Origin: an uncultured Planctomycetia bacterium
GTDB taxonomy: Bacteria > Omnitrophota > Gorgyraeia > Duberdicusellales > 4484-171
Reading direction: 5' to 3'
NCBI GenBank assembly: GCA_964635565.1
Contig: CAZWON010000005.1
Location: 17,736 to 81,735, forward strand
DNA: 64,000 nt
Notes under the pieces: generated by a model
Told to the model about the DNA's origin: nothing
What the model saw: the letters and a program-made list of their open reading frames with translations, nothing else
The model's database searches: none
In this document: positions 27,645 through 37,108 of the stretch, piece by piece
How positions within the stretch are numbered: the stretch's first letter is position 1
Layout of the letters: the number at the start of each line of letters is the position of its first letter
Program-made: the position numbers and the translations under genes

Positions 27645-29057
27645 TTAAAAAGTAAATTTAACTGAACAATATAAGTGGTCATTATTTCTAAACTGGCCAT
27701 TAGAACCATAAACAGGCCCCCAGAAATGATGGTAACCAACAGTTAACCACAGATTATCTCTTAATTCATAGGTAGTTTTAAAAGAAACTCTTCCATCGTT
27801 GTCATCGTTATAAATTATCAAAACCTGTGGTTTAAGGCGTTCGTGCATAAAATCAGTAGCGATTTTTAAAGTCACATAATTTTCTATTTTTTCTAAAAGA
27901 CCATAGGTATATGAATTTAAAACCTGATAATTGCCTATCTTCTTGTTATCATGAATATACTGAGCAAACTGTAAAGAAAATACCCACTTGGTAAAAAATG
28001 TTCTGTCAAATCCTAAAACATATGTGTATTTATCTGTACGCTCTGTAAGTTTTCTTGAGCCTTGGGTTCCATAATATGTGGGCTCATTGTGAAAATAGGC
28101 AAATTCTCCTCTTATAGTCCATCCTTCAAAAATACCAGGATTAATAAAAGATTTATTAAAAGAAAAACCAATTAAATGCATAAGTTTATGTCTACGTGAT
28201 ACTTGGTAGTGACCAAAAGAACCAAGAATAGGCGTAAAAGAGTCTGTATAGGTATAAGCACTTGTTGAATACCCATAAAGCCAGTTCAAAGTGTATTCAA
28301 TACCATCTCCCACCATAGAGCGCCAGCGTAAACCTACACGTGAATTCTTAAATTGCTTTGGGGGCCTATATATTGCCTCCTGTGCTGTACCTCCAAAAGA
28401 AGCATTAATTCCCTTAAATGTATCCCAACTATTATTTGCTTTAAAGGCAAAAGGAGCATTTGCAGGAGCAGACCTAGAGGCTTCAAAATCAGGGATAAGT
28501 AAAAATTGCAAAGTCGAATTAATCTGAGGCGAATACTCTACTTTTACCATCCATAAAGGAATTCTTATATCAGCAAAATCATATAACCAGTAATAACTCA
28601 AATCAAAAGGCATCACCCTATCTAAAAAAGGAAGACCATCCGCTTGACCCCATACCACCTGTTGTTTACCAATTCTAATATCTAACTGGTCAGAGATATA
28701 ATCTAGATAACAATCTCTTAACCATTCTGTGCGCTGAGTATTGCCTATCTTTGCCTGATTTTTATCAAACACAGGATCATTACGAATATCATAAGCTGGA
28801 TCATAGAAATAACGACCATGCATAAAGAATGTCCAGTTATCACTTATCTTATATTCTCCTTCCACGTCAAAAGTGTTTTTAAAAGATGAGAGGAACTGAT
28901 GCGAATTGTCATTGTTGGTTTTAACCCAAACTTCTGTTTTTAAGTACCCCGCCATTTCAATGTTGTCGCCTACCTGAATAGCAAATGCGGAAGAAAAAAC
29001 CCCCGTAATAAAACTTGCTATACATAATATAAATAATCTTTTCCTTAACCTTCTCAT
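27645..29057 (-). CDS. outer-membrane β-barrel protein, DUF1302-like
   Basis: 470 aa; cleavable signal peptide (..SSAFA|IQ), C-terminal ..YCSVKFTF aromatic terminus typical of OMP barrels; directly downstream of a DUF1329-like gene as in DUF1302/DUF1329 pairs. Confidence 0.55.
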   Translation of the reverse strand: MRRLRKRLFILCIASFITGVFSSAFAIQVGDNIEMAGYLKTEVWVKTNNDNSHQFLSSFKNTFDVEGEYKISDNWTFFMHGRYFYDPAYDIRNDPVFDKNQAKIGNTQRTEWLRDCYLDYISDQLDIRIGKQQVVWGQADGLPFLDRVMPFDLSYYWLYDFADIRIPLWMVKVEYSPQINSTLQFLLIPDFEASRSAPANAPFAFKANNSWDTFKGINASFGGTAQEAIYRPPKQFKNSRVGLRWRSMVGDGIEYTLNWLYGYSTSAYTYTDSFTPILGSFGHYQVSRRHKLMHLIGFSFNKSFINPGIFEGWTIRGEFAYFHNEPTYYGTQGSRKLTERTDKYTYVLGFDRTFFTKWVFSLQFAQYIHDNKKIGNYQVLNSYTYGLLEKIENYVTLKIATDFMHERLKPQVLIIYNDDNDGRVSFKTTYELRDNLWLTVGYHHFWGPVYGSNGQFRNNDHLYCSVKFTF

Positions 29058-29124
29058 TGTTTTACACCTCCTTTGTTTTTAGCCCACAGTCCATAGCCAA
29101 CAGACCATTGACCATCGACTAAAT

Positions 29125-30003
29125 TCACCATCTTGAACGCATAAGCGCCTTAACAGTAAAATTATATTCACTTAAACCTTGATCATATTTTGTATCTTTC
29201 ATCAAAATAGTGGTACGGTGTCCTGTCCTTAAATCTTTACATTCTAAAGAAACTTGTGTTTGATATTTCTTAGTTTCCAAATCTGTCCATATCCACTCTC
29301 TAAAAATAGTTTTAAATAGCTTGTCTTTCTTATCATAGTACTCTTCAAATATGCTTCCTCCTGTGTCTTTATCAACCCAGACAATTCGTTTAGAATAATA
29401 CCAGTGAGGTTTATTGGGAATACATTCAATAACAAAACATGGAATATTTTTAAATTTTACCTCTCCTGTCTGCTCAAATTTATAGCCGATGAAATTCTTT
29501 TCCCCAATCAGCTTATAAGTTTCATCTTCAAACCTGCGTGTGGATACTTCTTCAACTGTAAAATCACTTCCCATAAAAGCATCGTCATCCTGAGAGGCAG
29601 AGATTTTTCTTACCTTCTTTAAAGAAGGGATCCATAACCATACATTTTGATCTCTGTTAGGGTCTTCATAGGTCCATGTTAAAACTGCTAATCCCTTAAT
29701 TTCTGTAGGATAAGTCATTATCACAATATCCTTATAAGAAATTCCCTCTTTGCCACCTTTACTAATTCTCATCCTCTTCCATACTCTCCTACGTATAAAT
29801 CCCGAACGGTCCACATACAACACTTCCCCGGTTTGCTGATAATCATGGGCATAGAGAGAATATTTGTTATGGTAACTAATACGCATAATTTCCTCAGCAC
29901 TCATTCCTTCTTGGGGAGTATAAACTTTGTAGTATTCTAATGCCTGTCCATATATCCCTAAAGAAAAGAGTATTGAGCCTAAAAATAGCAACGCCCTCCT
30001 CAT
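29125..30003 (-). CDS. LolA-like outer-membrane lipoprotein-sorting family protein (DUF1329-like)
   Basis: 292 aa; signal peptide; VWLWIPSLKKVRKISASQDDDAFMGSDFTVEE matches the DUF1329 '...LP.LR.VRRIS......F.GSDFT.DD' core. Confidence 0.55.
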   Translation of the reverse strand: MRRALLFLGSILFSLGIYGQALEYYKVYTPQEGMSAEEIMRISYHNKYSLYAHDYQQTGEVLYVDRSGFIRRRVWKRMRISKGGKEGISYKDIVIMTYPTEIKGLAVLTWTYEDPNRDQNVWLWIPSLKKVRKISASQDDDAFMGSDFTVEEVSTRRFEDETYKLIGEKNFIGYKFEQTGEVKFKNIPCFVIECIPNKPHWYYSKRIVWVDKDTGGSIFEEYYDKKDKLFKTIFREWIWTDLETKKYQTQVSLECKDLRTGHRTTILMKDTKYDQGLSEYNFTVKALMRSRW

Positions 30004-30060
30004 AATAACACCTCCTTTTTAGTTGAGGTTCGCCTCAATAAGGGATTAAATATAAATAAA

Positions 30061-32445
30061 TTACCGAGCGCCTCTTTTCCTCCTTTTCCTTAAACCTACA
30101 AAAAGAAACTTTGGCTTAAACCACCACACAAATACAGGAACCATAACCAAAGAAATTATCATATTAAGTATCAATGCTATGCATAAATTAAGTCCCATCT
30201 GGGCCTGGAATCTTATAGAAGAAAATATCCACACTACTATCCCTAAAGAGACTACAAATCCACTAAAAAAAACAGCTTTACCACTGGTAATAAGTGTATA
30301 AAGAAGGATGTTCTTGTAAGTTCTGCGTTTATTACGCATCTCATCAAAAAGACGCGCCAACACATAAATCCCATAATTTATCCCCAATCCTTCACTTAAT
30401 GAAACTAAAGGCAACATTTCTGTTGTAATAGATAAACCCACAAATCCTAAGATAGCAAAAACAAACAAGTTACTTAAAAGAAGAGGTAGAATGAGAATTA
30501 CTCCTGCTAGATAAGAACGATAGATAAAACTTACATAAAGAAAAATAAGAAGTGAAATAAATACTGCATTGGGAATTATTGTCCTTTTTATGATGTCGTT
30601 AATAGCATACAGTATTCCTATATCTCCTCCTCCATAATGAAATTCCATATTCTTAAATTTATGCATCGCAAAAAAATTACGTGTTTTTTTAACTGCTTTC
30701 TTAACCGTAGAAGATTTATGGTTGCGAAAATCAAATTTTATATTACAAAACTTCTCATCTCTAGATATAAGATGATCGTAATCCGAAGGGAATCCGCTTA
30801 ATGTGTATAAGAACCAATATTGAGCAATTGTATCGTCCCTTTCCGGAATCTTAAAATAATCACCTCTTCCTTCAAACATAAACATATTAAGCCCCTTGAT
30901 AGCATTAACTATGGAAAAAGCCGAGCCTGCTTCGGGAACTTCTTTTAACAGATAATTTTGAAAGGAATCAATTGCTCTTAACTTATCCACTTTAAGAAGT
31001 GAGTCTTCTGACTCAACAAAAATGTAATATGAATTGGTCCCTCCAAAATTCTTATTAATAAATGTCTCAGCTCTGTTGTAAGGGCTATAAGGATATAGAT
31101 AACTTGTGCCCTCAGTATTATCACCAATAATAACTCTTTTAATCCCAAAAAGAGCAACAAAAGAGAGAATAATAAAAATAATAACAAGAACTGTCCCTGC
31201 CTTTTTATTTAAAGAAAAAATACTTATTTTTGTAAGAATATTATCCACCCAAAGATGTTGTTCTTCCTTCTTAACCTCAATCACTTTTGGCCGTCTTAAG
31301 AAAGAAAGCACACAGGGAGTAAACATAAAAGAAGTAAAGAAATTTGCCAAAATTCCTAATCCCGAAGCAAATGCCATACTCCTTATAGTAGGCAGGGGCA
31401 CAAAAGCAAGAGAAAGAAAACCAAATCCATCAGTAAAAACACAGGCAATTCCCGGTAAAAACAGATGTGCCATAGTATTAACAATAGCGTGTTTACTTTT
31501 CATCTGGGGACTATGCATTTCTTCATAGTAACGTTTTAATGTATGCACAGAATGGCTTATTCCTAAAGAAAGAACAATAAAAGGTACTAAAATTGTGGAA
31601 GGGTCAAGACGTAAACCAAGTAATCTCATCATCCCCATTCCCCACAGACAAGCCATGGAAGAATCAAGAAGAGGAAGAATTACTCCTCGCTTGGAGCGAA
31701 ATGTAAAATAAAGAATAACGGAAATAACCAAAAAACTTAACCCTAAAATTTTAAACATCCTTGGCAGATAAAAGTTAAGCCATCCTTCTAAAATAACACG
31801 ACCAGCAATGTAGATTCGTGTATTTTTATCTTCGTATTTTTTTTTAAGACGCGTTAGTTCCTTAAAAATATATGAGGTTTTAGCTTGAGAATTAAAATCT
31901 GCATAAATAAGTGTACTCTTAAAATCACGCGATACCATTTTAGGATAAACATTAGGGTTACTTACCACCTTTTTCTTAAACTCCTCCATCTCGGCCTGCG
32001 TCTGAGGGGGAATCCTCAATAATCTTTCTACAAAAAAACCTTCCTCATTTGCCACAACATGTTTTATATGACGGGAAGCAATAGAGTTTATTCGGGAAAT
32101 GTTTATGTCCTCTATAAGATATAAATCTTCAGTAAAAGAAATGAGTTTCTCTAGAAACTTGCTATTGAAGATATCACCTTCTTTTACCTCCAAGGCAATG
32201 GAAACCTGATTAAGACCGCCGAATATCTCCGTAAGGCGATTCTGCACATCAATAAAAGGATGGTGTTGTGGGAGAAAATCCTCAAGGTGGGTTTCTATCT
32301 TTATATCTTTAAGAACACTTACAAAGAAAGCAGTAATAAAAATAAATACAACTATCACATAAATCCGAAAATGGACTATCTTCCTTGCCAATTTATACTG
32401 CCAACTTGTAATAAGTCCTCTTTTCACCTTTATACTCCAAACCAC
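30061..32445 (-). CDS. MMPL/RND-superfamily exporter (HpnN-like, 12 TM with two periplasmic loops)
   Basis: 794 aa; two 6-TM bundles each followed by a large extracytoplasmic domain; GxxxD/SSD-like helices; C-terminal RKRRKRGAR basic tail. Confidence 0.75.
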   Translation of the reverse strand: MVWSIKVKRGLITSWQYKLARKIVHFRIYVIVVFIFITAFFVSVLKDIKIETHLEDFLPQHHPFIDVQNRLTEIFGGLNQVSIALEVKEGDIFNSKFLEKLISFTEDLYLIEDINISRINSIASRHIKHVVANEEGFFVERLLRIPPQTQAEMEEFKKKVVSNPNVYPKMVSRDFKSTLIYADFNSQAKTSYIFKELTRLKKKYEDKNTRIYIAGRVILEGWLNFYLPRMFKILGLSFLVISVILYFTFRSKRGVILPLLDSSMACLWGMGMMRLLGLRLDPSTILVPFIVLSLGISHSVHTLKRYYEEMHSPQMKSKHAIVNTMAHLFLPGIACVFTDGFGFLSLAFVPLPTIRSMAFASGLGILANFFTSFMFTPCVLSFLRRPKVIEVKKEEQHLWVDNILTKISIFSLNKKAGTVLVIIFIILSFVALFGIKRVIIGDNTEGTSYLYPYSPYNRAETFINKNFGGTNSYYIFVESEDSLLKVDKLRAIDSFQNYLLKEVPEAGSAFSIVNAIKGLNMFMFEGRGDYFKIPERDDTIAQYWFLYTLSGFPSDYDHLISRDEKFCNIKFDFRNHKSSTVKKAVKKTRNFFAMHKFKNMEFHYGGGDIGILYAINDIIKRTIIPNAVFISLLIFLYVSFIYRSYLAGVILILPLLLSNLFVFAILGFVGLSITTEMLPLVSLSEGLGINYGIYVLARLFDEMRNKRRTYKNILLYTLITSGKAVFFSGFVVSLGIVVWIFSSIRFQAQMGLNLCIALILNMIISLVMVPVFVWWFKPKFLFVGLRKRRKRGAR

Positions 32446-33863
32446 CCCTCAACAGGGTTACTCGATAACCCTATGCCAATATGCTTTGGCTGAACATATT
32501 CCATAAATCCTTCAACTCCTAAATTTCTTCCCCATCCACTTAAACGCGTTCCTCCAAAAGGCGTCTGAGGTGAAATCTGTGCAAATGTGTTTATCCATAC
32601 TGTCCCGTAAGAAACTTCTTCTGCAAGGTGATAAGCACGCTTGGCATCCTGCGTCCATATTTGTAAAACTAACCCTGTAGGATTTTCTTCAATAACTTTT
32701 TCTACCTCCTCAACTTTAAATTTTTTAACTAAAAGAACTGGCGCAAAAAACTCATCATAAACTATTTGTTCTACCTCAATTACTGTCGGAGAAAAGTAAT
32801 ACCCTTTCTGTTCTAATACTTTCCCTCCGCAGAGAACTTTTCCGCCTTTTTTAACTATTTCTTTTATGTGTCTATTCACAGAAAAAAGGTGCTCTTTTGA
32901 TATAAGTGGCCCCATACCGCTAGTAGGGTCAAAAGGGTCGCCAACTTTTATACGTTTTACCTTATCAATAAACTTATCAATGAACTCGTCATAAATATCT
33001 TCCTCAATAAGAGCAAGGCTTGTTCCAATACACATCTGTCCCTGTTTCATGAAAGAAGATGCTAAAAGAGTATCCATCGCCCTTTTCGTATCTGCATCGG
33101 AATAAATTAAAGTTAGATTAGCACCACCAAGCTCACATATAATTTTCTTAGGATAAGAAGAAGAATAAGAAACTATTCTTTTTAGAGTTTCTCTTGAACC
33201 CGTAAAAGAAATCAAATCAATATTACTTGAGGCAAGGAACTTACCTGTTATTTCTCCTCTTCCTGTAATCACGTTTATCAATCCAGAAGGAAAATCAAGC
33301 TTATCCAGATGCCTCACCAACTCAAGCAAAGAAAGTGAAGCCCATTCAGAAGGCTTAATAATCAGCGCATTCCCTCCAGCAAGTGCAGCAGCGCAACTAA
33401 ATCCAAAAATCATAAGAGGAACATTAAAAGGAAGATAAACTCCACAAACACCATAAGGTTCATACCTTATAATATCTATGCCAGTATCAGTCTTTAATGT
33501 TCGTGTTTCCAAAGTTTCCAAGAGAGAAGCATAGTAATTAAAACATTCAGCCCCTAAAGGAACATCCACAAACAAAGACTCTTTATATGGCTTGCCAATT
33601 TCTTTTGTTTCAAGTTCTGCAAGCAGAGAAAGATTACTCAGCATAACCTTAGCGATCTCACGTAAGAGTCCTGCCCGTTCTTTAAAAGAAGTTTTATGCC
33701 ACTTTCTCTGTGACTGTCTTGCTATCTTCACTGCTCTCTTTATATCTTTGTCGTCTGCCTCATAAAAGGAAGCAAAGACTTTTTCTGTAGCAGGATTTAC
33801 AACTTTTATGTTTTCTTTTCCTTCTCTAAACTCTCCTCCTACATAAAATCTATATTCTTCCAT
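32430..33863 (-). CDS. NAD(P)-dependent aldehyde dehydrogenase
   Basis: 477 aa; ELGGANLTLI (Glu active-site motif), GQMCIGTS (catalytic Cys), GxGxxG-like FTGSRETLK; 16-bp overlap with the downstream MMPL gene. Confidence 0.88.
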   Translation of the reverse strand: MEEYRFYVGGEFREGKENIKVVNPATEKVFASFYEADDKDIKRAVKIARQSQRKWHKTSFKERAGLLREIAKVMLSNLSLLAELETKEIGKPYKESLFVDVPLGAECFNYYASLLETLETRTLKTDTGIDIIRYEPYGVCGVYLPFNVPLMIFGFSCAAALAGGNALIIKPSEWASLSLLELVRHLDKLDFPSGLINVITGRGEITGKFLASSNIDLISFTGSRETLKRIVSYSSSYPKKIICELGGANLTLIYSDADTKRAMDTLLASSFMKQGQMCIGTSLALIEEDIYDEFIDKFIDKVKRIKVGDPFDPTSGMGPLISKEHLFSVNRHIKEIVKKGGKVLCGGKVLEQKGYYFSPTVIEVEQIVYDEFFAPVLLVKKFKVEEVEKVIEENPTGLVLQIWTQDAKRAYHLAEEVSYGTVWINTFAQISPQTPFGGTRLSGWGRNLGVEGFMEYVQPKHIGIGLSSNPVEGWFGV

Positions 33864-33891
33864 ATCCCTTCCTATATAGCTCCTGGCTCTT

Positions 33892-33960
33892 AGCTCATAG
33901 CTGTTAGTCCTTAATCTGAATCTTTATATTTACTTTACTATTAGCTAACAACTATAAGCT
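33892..33960. repeat. MITE-like small element with AGCTCATAG / CTATAAGCT terminal inverted repeats (short copy)
   Basis: The 69-bp intergenic segment shares its ends (AGCTCATAGCTG[T/A]TAG ... CTAT[A/G]AGCT) and an internal TTTACTAT block with the 95-bp copy at 50865-50959. Confidence 0.55.
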
Positions 33961-33993
33961 AATTTCTATTCGCTATCCATTAGGCACCATACG

Positions 33994-35010
33994 CTACTTA
34001 ACTGGTGCCTGCTCCCATAATTTAAAAGTACGTACCAAAACCGGGTACCACTTGCTCATCTTAGTAAAATCACCTTTTGTCTTCACCTTACCCTGCGTTG
34101 ACGCAACAAAGGGATCAATTTGACGGTTAAATATTTTCTTTAACATGCTATATTTACCTGCTATTACAAACTCAGCATTCTCATCTGTATCAGTCTTTAT
34201 AATCTTACCATCCTTATAATGGAAACAGACGCAAGTGCCATTATCAGTATCTTTAACTGCCAGAGTGCAAGTAAGTCCGTACTTTTTGCCTAACTCCTGC
34301 GCTTCTCTATCGCTATTTACCAGCTCAACTAATCTCTCAATATGCCCCTTTGATAATAACTCATACTTATTAACCTTTTTAAAATCCGCCTCTTCTTTCT
34401 TATCCATCCCCTCACCGCTAATCGCTATACGCTTAATAAAAAGATTCACTTTCGCCTGCTCCTCTAAAAGCTCAATCAAACTAAATGCCTCTTTAAAATC
34501 TGCACCCACAGATACTACTCCGTGTTGACTTAAAACCACAATGTTAGAGTTCTCAAGTTCTTTTAACACCGGCTCTACATCTGTAACTGTAGGGGTATCT
34601 TGAGGAATCGCCTTTATATTACCAAGATAGAACTTTGCTTCAAAGGAGAAAACATCAAGCTTATCAAAATAGTAAAAAAGGGCTGTTGTGTAAGGAGAGT
34701 GTGCGTGAATTATAACTTTTGCTTCAGGAAACTTCTCATGGATACTTAAATGTAATTTTCCTTCACTGGTGACTGTGTTTGTTCCTTCTAAAATCTTACC
34801 TTTATTATCGATAAGTAAAATATCACTATTCTTAAGCTCTCCTAAATAACAATCATGGGAAGTTATAAGTATCCCTTTATCAACTTTTAAGGAGATATTC
34901 CCACTTCGGGCGGTAACAAACCCTTTTTCATTTAGTTTCTTAGCCCAGTAAATTAACATGCTCTTCTCTTCTTCATACATTTTGTGCCTCCTTAATAAAA
35001 CTTTTCTCAA
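33994..35010 (-). CDS. class II aldolase/adducin-family enzyme (MtnB/Ald2-like) fused to C-terminal SCP2 sterol-carrier-like domain
   Basis: 338 aa; N-terminal ~200 aa with SGNIS, HSPYTTAL (Zn-His) aldolase-II motifs; C-terminal ~120 aa with the SCP2-like pattern (..GKVKTKGD..). Confidence 0.65.
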   Translation of the reverse strand: MRKVLLRRHKMYEEEKSMLIYWAKKLNEKGFVTARSGNISLKVDKGILITSHDCYLGELKNSDILLIDNKGKILEGTNTVTSEGKLHLSIHEKFPEAKVIIHAHSPYTTALFYYFDKLDVFSFEAKFYLGNIKAIPQDTPTVTDVEPVLKELENSNIVVLSQHGVVSVGADFKEAFSLIELLEEQAKVNLFIKRIAISGEGMDKKEEADFKKVNKYELLSKGHIERLVELVNSDREAQELGKKYGLTCTLAVKDTDNGTCVCFHYKDGKIIKTDTDENAEFVIAGKYSMLKKIFNRQIDPFVASTQGKVKTKGDFTKMSKWYPVLVRTFKLWEQAPVK

Positions 35011-35455
35011 TTAATTCATCTTCAGCATCCTCTACAAAGGGTAGATCTTTTTCTAACACAAATAATTTACCCTCCAATGTAGAGGCATTTCTATCAGAAA
35101 TATCATCGAATTTTCCTTGGGGTATAAATTTAACCTCTATGTTATGCAATTTACTTAAAAGATATACATACAAACTCCCCGCGGGAGATAAAAATCCCTC
35201 TTTATTCTTTTGCTTATAAAATATAAAAGTATATTTTATTTTACCCTCTCTAAAAAGAACGCCTAACATATTATCCGTACAATAAAAATAAGGGATCTTT
35301 TCCTTATTAAGCAAAATTAAATTGTGCTTTAATCCATAAAGGTAAGGACGACATTCTGCGGCCACCACACACTCTTCATTTTTTAAAGCATCTACCGCTT
35401 TTTTACTTAAAACTCCCCAGATAAGGACAGATTTTTTTATCTGTGCAATCTTCAC
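34973..35455 (-). CDS. truncated IF-2B/MtnA-like domain protein (degenerate paralog)
   Basis: 160 aa; VVAAECRPYLYGLKHNLILLNKEKIPYFYCTDNMLG aligns with the MtnA core VSETRPYLQGTRLTFWELRKNNIPVYLICDNQVA of the adjacent gene, but GADR/GTY motifs are absent. Confidence 0.45.
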   Translation of the reverse strand: MKIAQIKKSVLIWGVLSKKAVDALKNEECVVAAECRPYLYGLKHNLILLNKEKIPYFYCTDNMLGVLFREGKIKYTFIFYKQKNKEGFLSPAGSLYVYLLSKLHNIEVKFIPQGKFDDISDRNASTLEGKLFVLEKDLPFVEDAEDELIEKSFIKEAQNV

Positions 35456-36354
35456 CGGTCTAAAATATTAATTTGTTTACTGATTAAATCAAATCTTACC
35501 ACATCAAAAGAAGGGTACACTGCATCTATCTGTGAATAATTGCCTTCTAAAAACATAAACACTTCTATAGGAGCACGCTCTTCGATTTTAATACGCTGTA
35601 TATCAATATCTTTAGGATACTGAACTAATGCATAAAAAGGTATCCTGAAATATTTTGCCAATCTGGCTAAGCTATATGTACCCACTTTGTTAATAATATC
35701 TCCTTGTATTACCGCTCTATCTGCGCCAGTTACCACACAATTTACTTTCTTCTCCTTCATTAACTGTGCTACCTGGTTATCGCAGATTAAATAAACAGGG
35801 ATATTATTTTTTCTTAACTCCCAGAAGGTAAGCCGTGTTCCCTGTAAATAAGGCCGGGTTTCCGAAACATAGAATAAGCAACTTTTGTTCATCTTCTGTA
35901 GCTCCTGGTAAAGATAAATTAATTCTCCGTTGACATTACAGATAGTTAAGATTTTAGGAAAAGAGGGTAAAATATCGGCTAATTTCTTAGCTCTTTTTCT
36001 TCTTAAACTATCAAACCTCTTAATAAAATTATCTACTGCCTCTGGGATAGTTTTTGTCTTCTGGGCCTCTTTCTTAACTAACTCGGCTAAAAATTCAAAA
36101 GCAAAAGTAGGCCTTACTTTTTTAAACTCCTTAGATAAATGCTGAGGTGAATATTCTTTAAAGAAAACGCAACTATAAAAAAATAAAAGCACTTGCCCAA
36201 AAGCACGTGTTTTCATGCTCCCTAGAACCCCTAAAGCCTGTTTTAAACTTTCTACCTCTATATAATCTTCTCTAAAGGGAAGCAAGCTTTCGTCAAGAAC
36301 AAGAATTTTCTCATCTTTTAACTTTACAGGAAATAGAAGCGGAGAATTAAACAT
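35452..36354 (-). CDS. mtnA: S-methyl-5-thioribose-1-phosphate isomerase (MtnA; eIF-2B α/β/δ family)
   Basis: 300 aa; ILTICNVNGEL (catalytic Cys region), ETRPYLQGTRLTFWEL, GADRAVIQGDIINKVGTY and IPFYAL motifs. Confidence 0.8.
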   Translation of the reverse strand: MFNSPLLFPVKLKDEKILVLDESLLPFREDYIEVESLKQALGVLGSMKTRAFGQVLLFFYSCVFFKEYSPQHLSKEFKKVRPTFAFEFLAELVKKEAQKTKTIPEAVDNFIKRFDSLRRKRAKKLADILPSFPKILTICNVNGELIYLYQELQKMNKSCLFYVSETRPYLQGTRLTFWELRKNNIPVYLICDNQVAQLMKEKKVNCVVTGADRAVIQGDIINKVGTYSLARLAKYFRIPFYALVQYPKDIDIQRIKIEERAPIEVFMFLEGNYSQIDAVYPSFDVVRFDLISKQINILDR

Positions 36355-37087
36355 TTAACTCCTTAATTAATTTAAAGATAGCCTTAACCATCTTTTCCTC
36401 TGCCTCAAATAATCTAAAATCAGTAAATCCCAATTCTCCTGTAATTAAATTATCAGAAACAACTAAAACAATAGCGGTTTTTCTCTTATATAAGTTCGCT
36501 ACTGTAACAAAAGGACTGGTTACCATATCCACTGCAATTGCTCCTTTTTCAATATATGAATTAACTATCTCTTTCGTCTCCCGAAAAAGAGCATCTGTTG
36601 TCCAGATACCTCCTGTATGGACCTGCCCTATAGAAGAAAAAATCTCTACAAGGTGTTTAGTAACTTCTTTATCTACAGAAGGCGAAAAATCATCGTCTAC
36701 ATAGTAACGTGTTGCCCCGTCTCCTCTTAAGACCTTATCGGCAACCACAAAATCACCAATAGATATATCTTCTCTTAACGCACCGCATGAACCTAACCGC
36801 ACAAGAACCTCAACGCCTGCCACACATAGAAGTTCTGTAACAAAAGCCGAATCAGGAGCATAAAAACCACCGTTACCAACAGTAATTCTTTTGCCTTTAT
36901 AAAATCCTGTCCAGAAAGTGTAACTTAAAAAAGTAAAATTTTTTACGGGTTTTTCTAAATAATCAAGGCACATCTTAGCACGCTGTGCCTGTCCACTTAC
37001 CAAAGCAATCTTACCAAAATTTCCCTCTTTAAACTGCAAGGACTTAAGCAAATCCTCTGGTCTTAAATGCACATCTCTTTGCATCAT
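36347..37087 (-). CDS. purine nucleoside / 5'-methylthioadenosine phosphorylase (PNP_UDP_1 family; MtnP-like)
   Basis: PNP fold motifs (VSGQAQRAK phosphate loop, ..GSCGAL.., C-terminal ..VSDNL..); the track start is a GTG at 37111, but the ATG at 37087 has an AGGAGA Shine-Dalgarno 7 nt upstream. Confidence 0.7.
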   Translation of the reverse strand: MMQRDVHLRPEDLLKSLQFKEGNFGKIALVSGQAQRAKMCLDYLEKPVKNFTFLSYTFWTGFYKGKRITVGNGGFYAPDSAFVTELLCVAGVEVLVRLGSCGALREDISIGDFVVADKVLRGDGATRYYVDDDFSPSVDKEVTKHLVEIFSSIGQVHTGGIWTTDALFRETKEIVNSYIEKGAIAVDMVTSPFVTVANLYKRKTAIVLVVSDNLITGELGFTDFRLFEAEEKMVKAIFKLIKELNV

Positions 37088-37108
37088 TGTTATTCTCCTA
37101 TTTTTATA

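Noticed and set aside
28291-28527. 78-aa plus-strand ORF inside the OMP gene
   Set aside because: Antisense chance ORF.
29058-29124. GC-richer spacer with CCATAGCCAACAGACCA resembling the AGCTAACAGCCATGAGCT segment of the MITE-like element
   Set aside because: The similarity is short and could be chance; reported here only as a possible degenerate relative of the TIR-element family.
29244-29622. Small ORFs on both strands inside the LolA-like gene
   Set aside because: Embedded in-frame or antisense fragments; the longer ORF has signal peptide and family motifs.
30023-30038. TTGAGG-TTCG-CCTCAA hairpin with tetraloop between the MMPL stop and the LolA-like start
   Set aside because: A short intercistronic stem-loop immediately followed by the AAGGAGG RBS of the next gene; most simply mRNA-stability or translational-coupling structure, not a terminator (no U-tract) or ncRNA.
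30978-31528. 69-aa (minus) and 140-aa (plus) ORFs inside the MMPL gene
   Set aside because: Embedded or antisense; the MMPL ORF is continuous and domain-complete.
33982-34010. GC-rich inverted repeat AGGCACCA-13 nt-TGGTGCCT spanning the aldolase stop codon
   Set aside because: A stem-loop is possible, but there is no downstream U-tract on the transcribed strand and it lies inside the operon; insufficient evidence for a terminator or ncRNA.
34235-34528. 97-aa plus-strand ORF inside the aldolase-SCP2 gene
   Set aside because: Antisense, Ser/Leu-rich.
35930-36145. 71-aa plus-strand ORF inside mtnA
   Set aside because: Antisense chance ORF.
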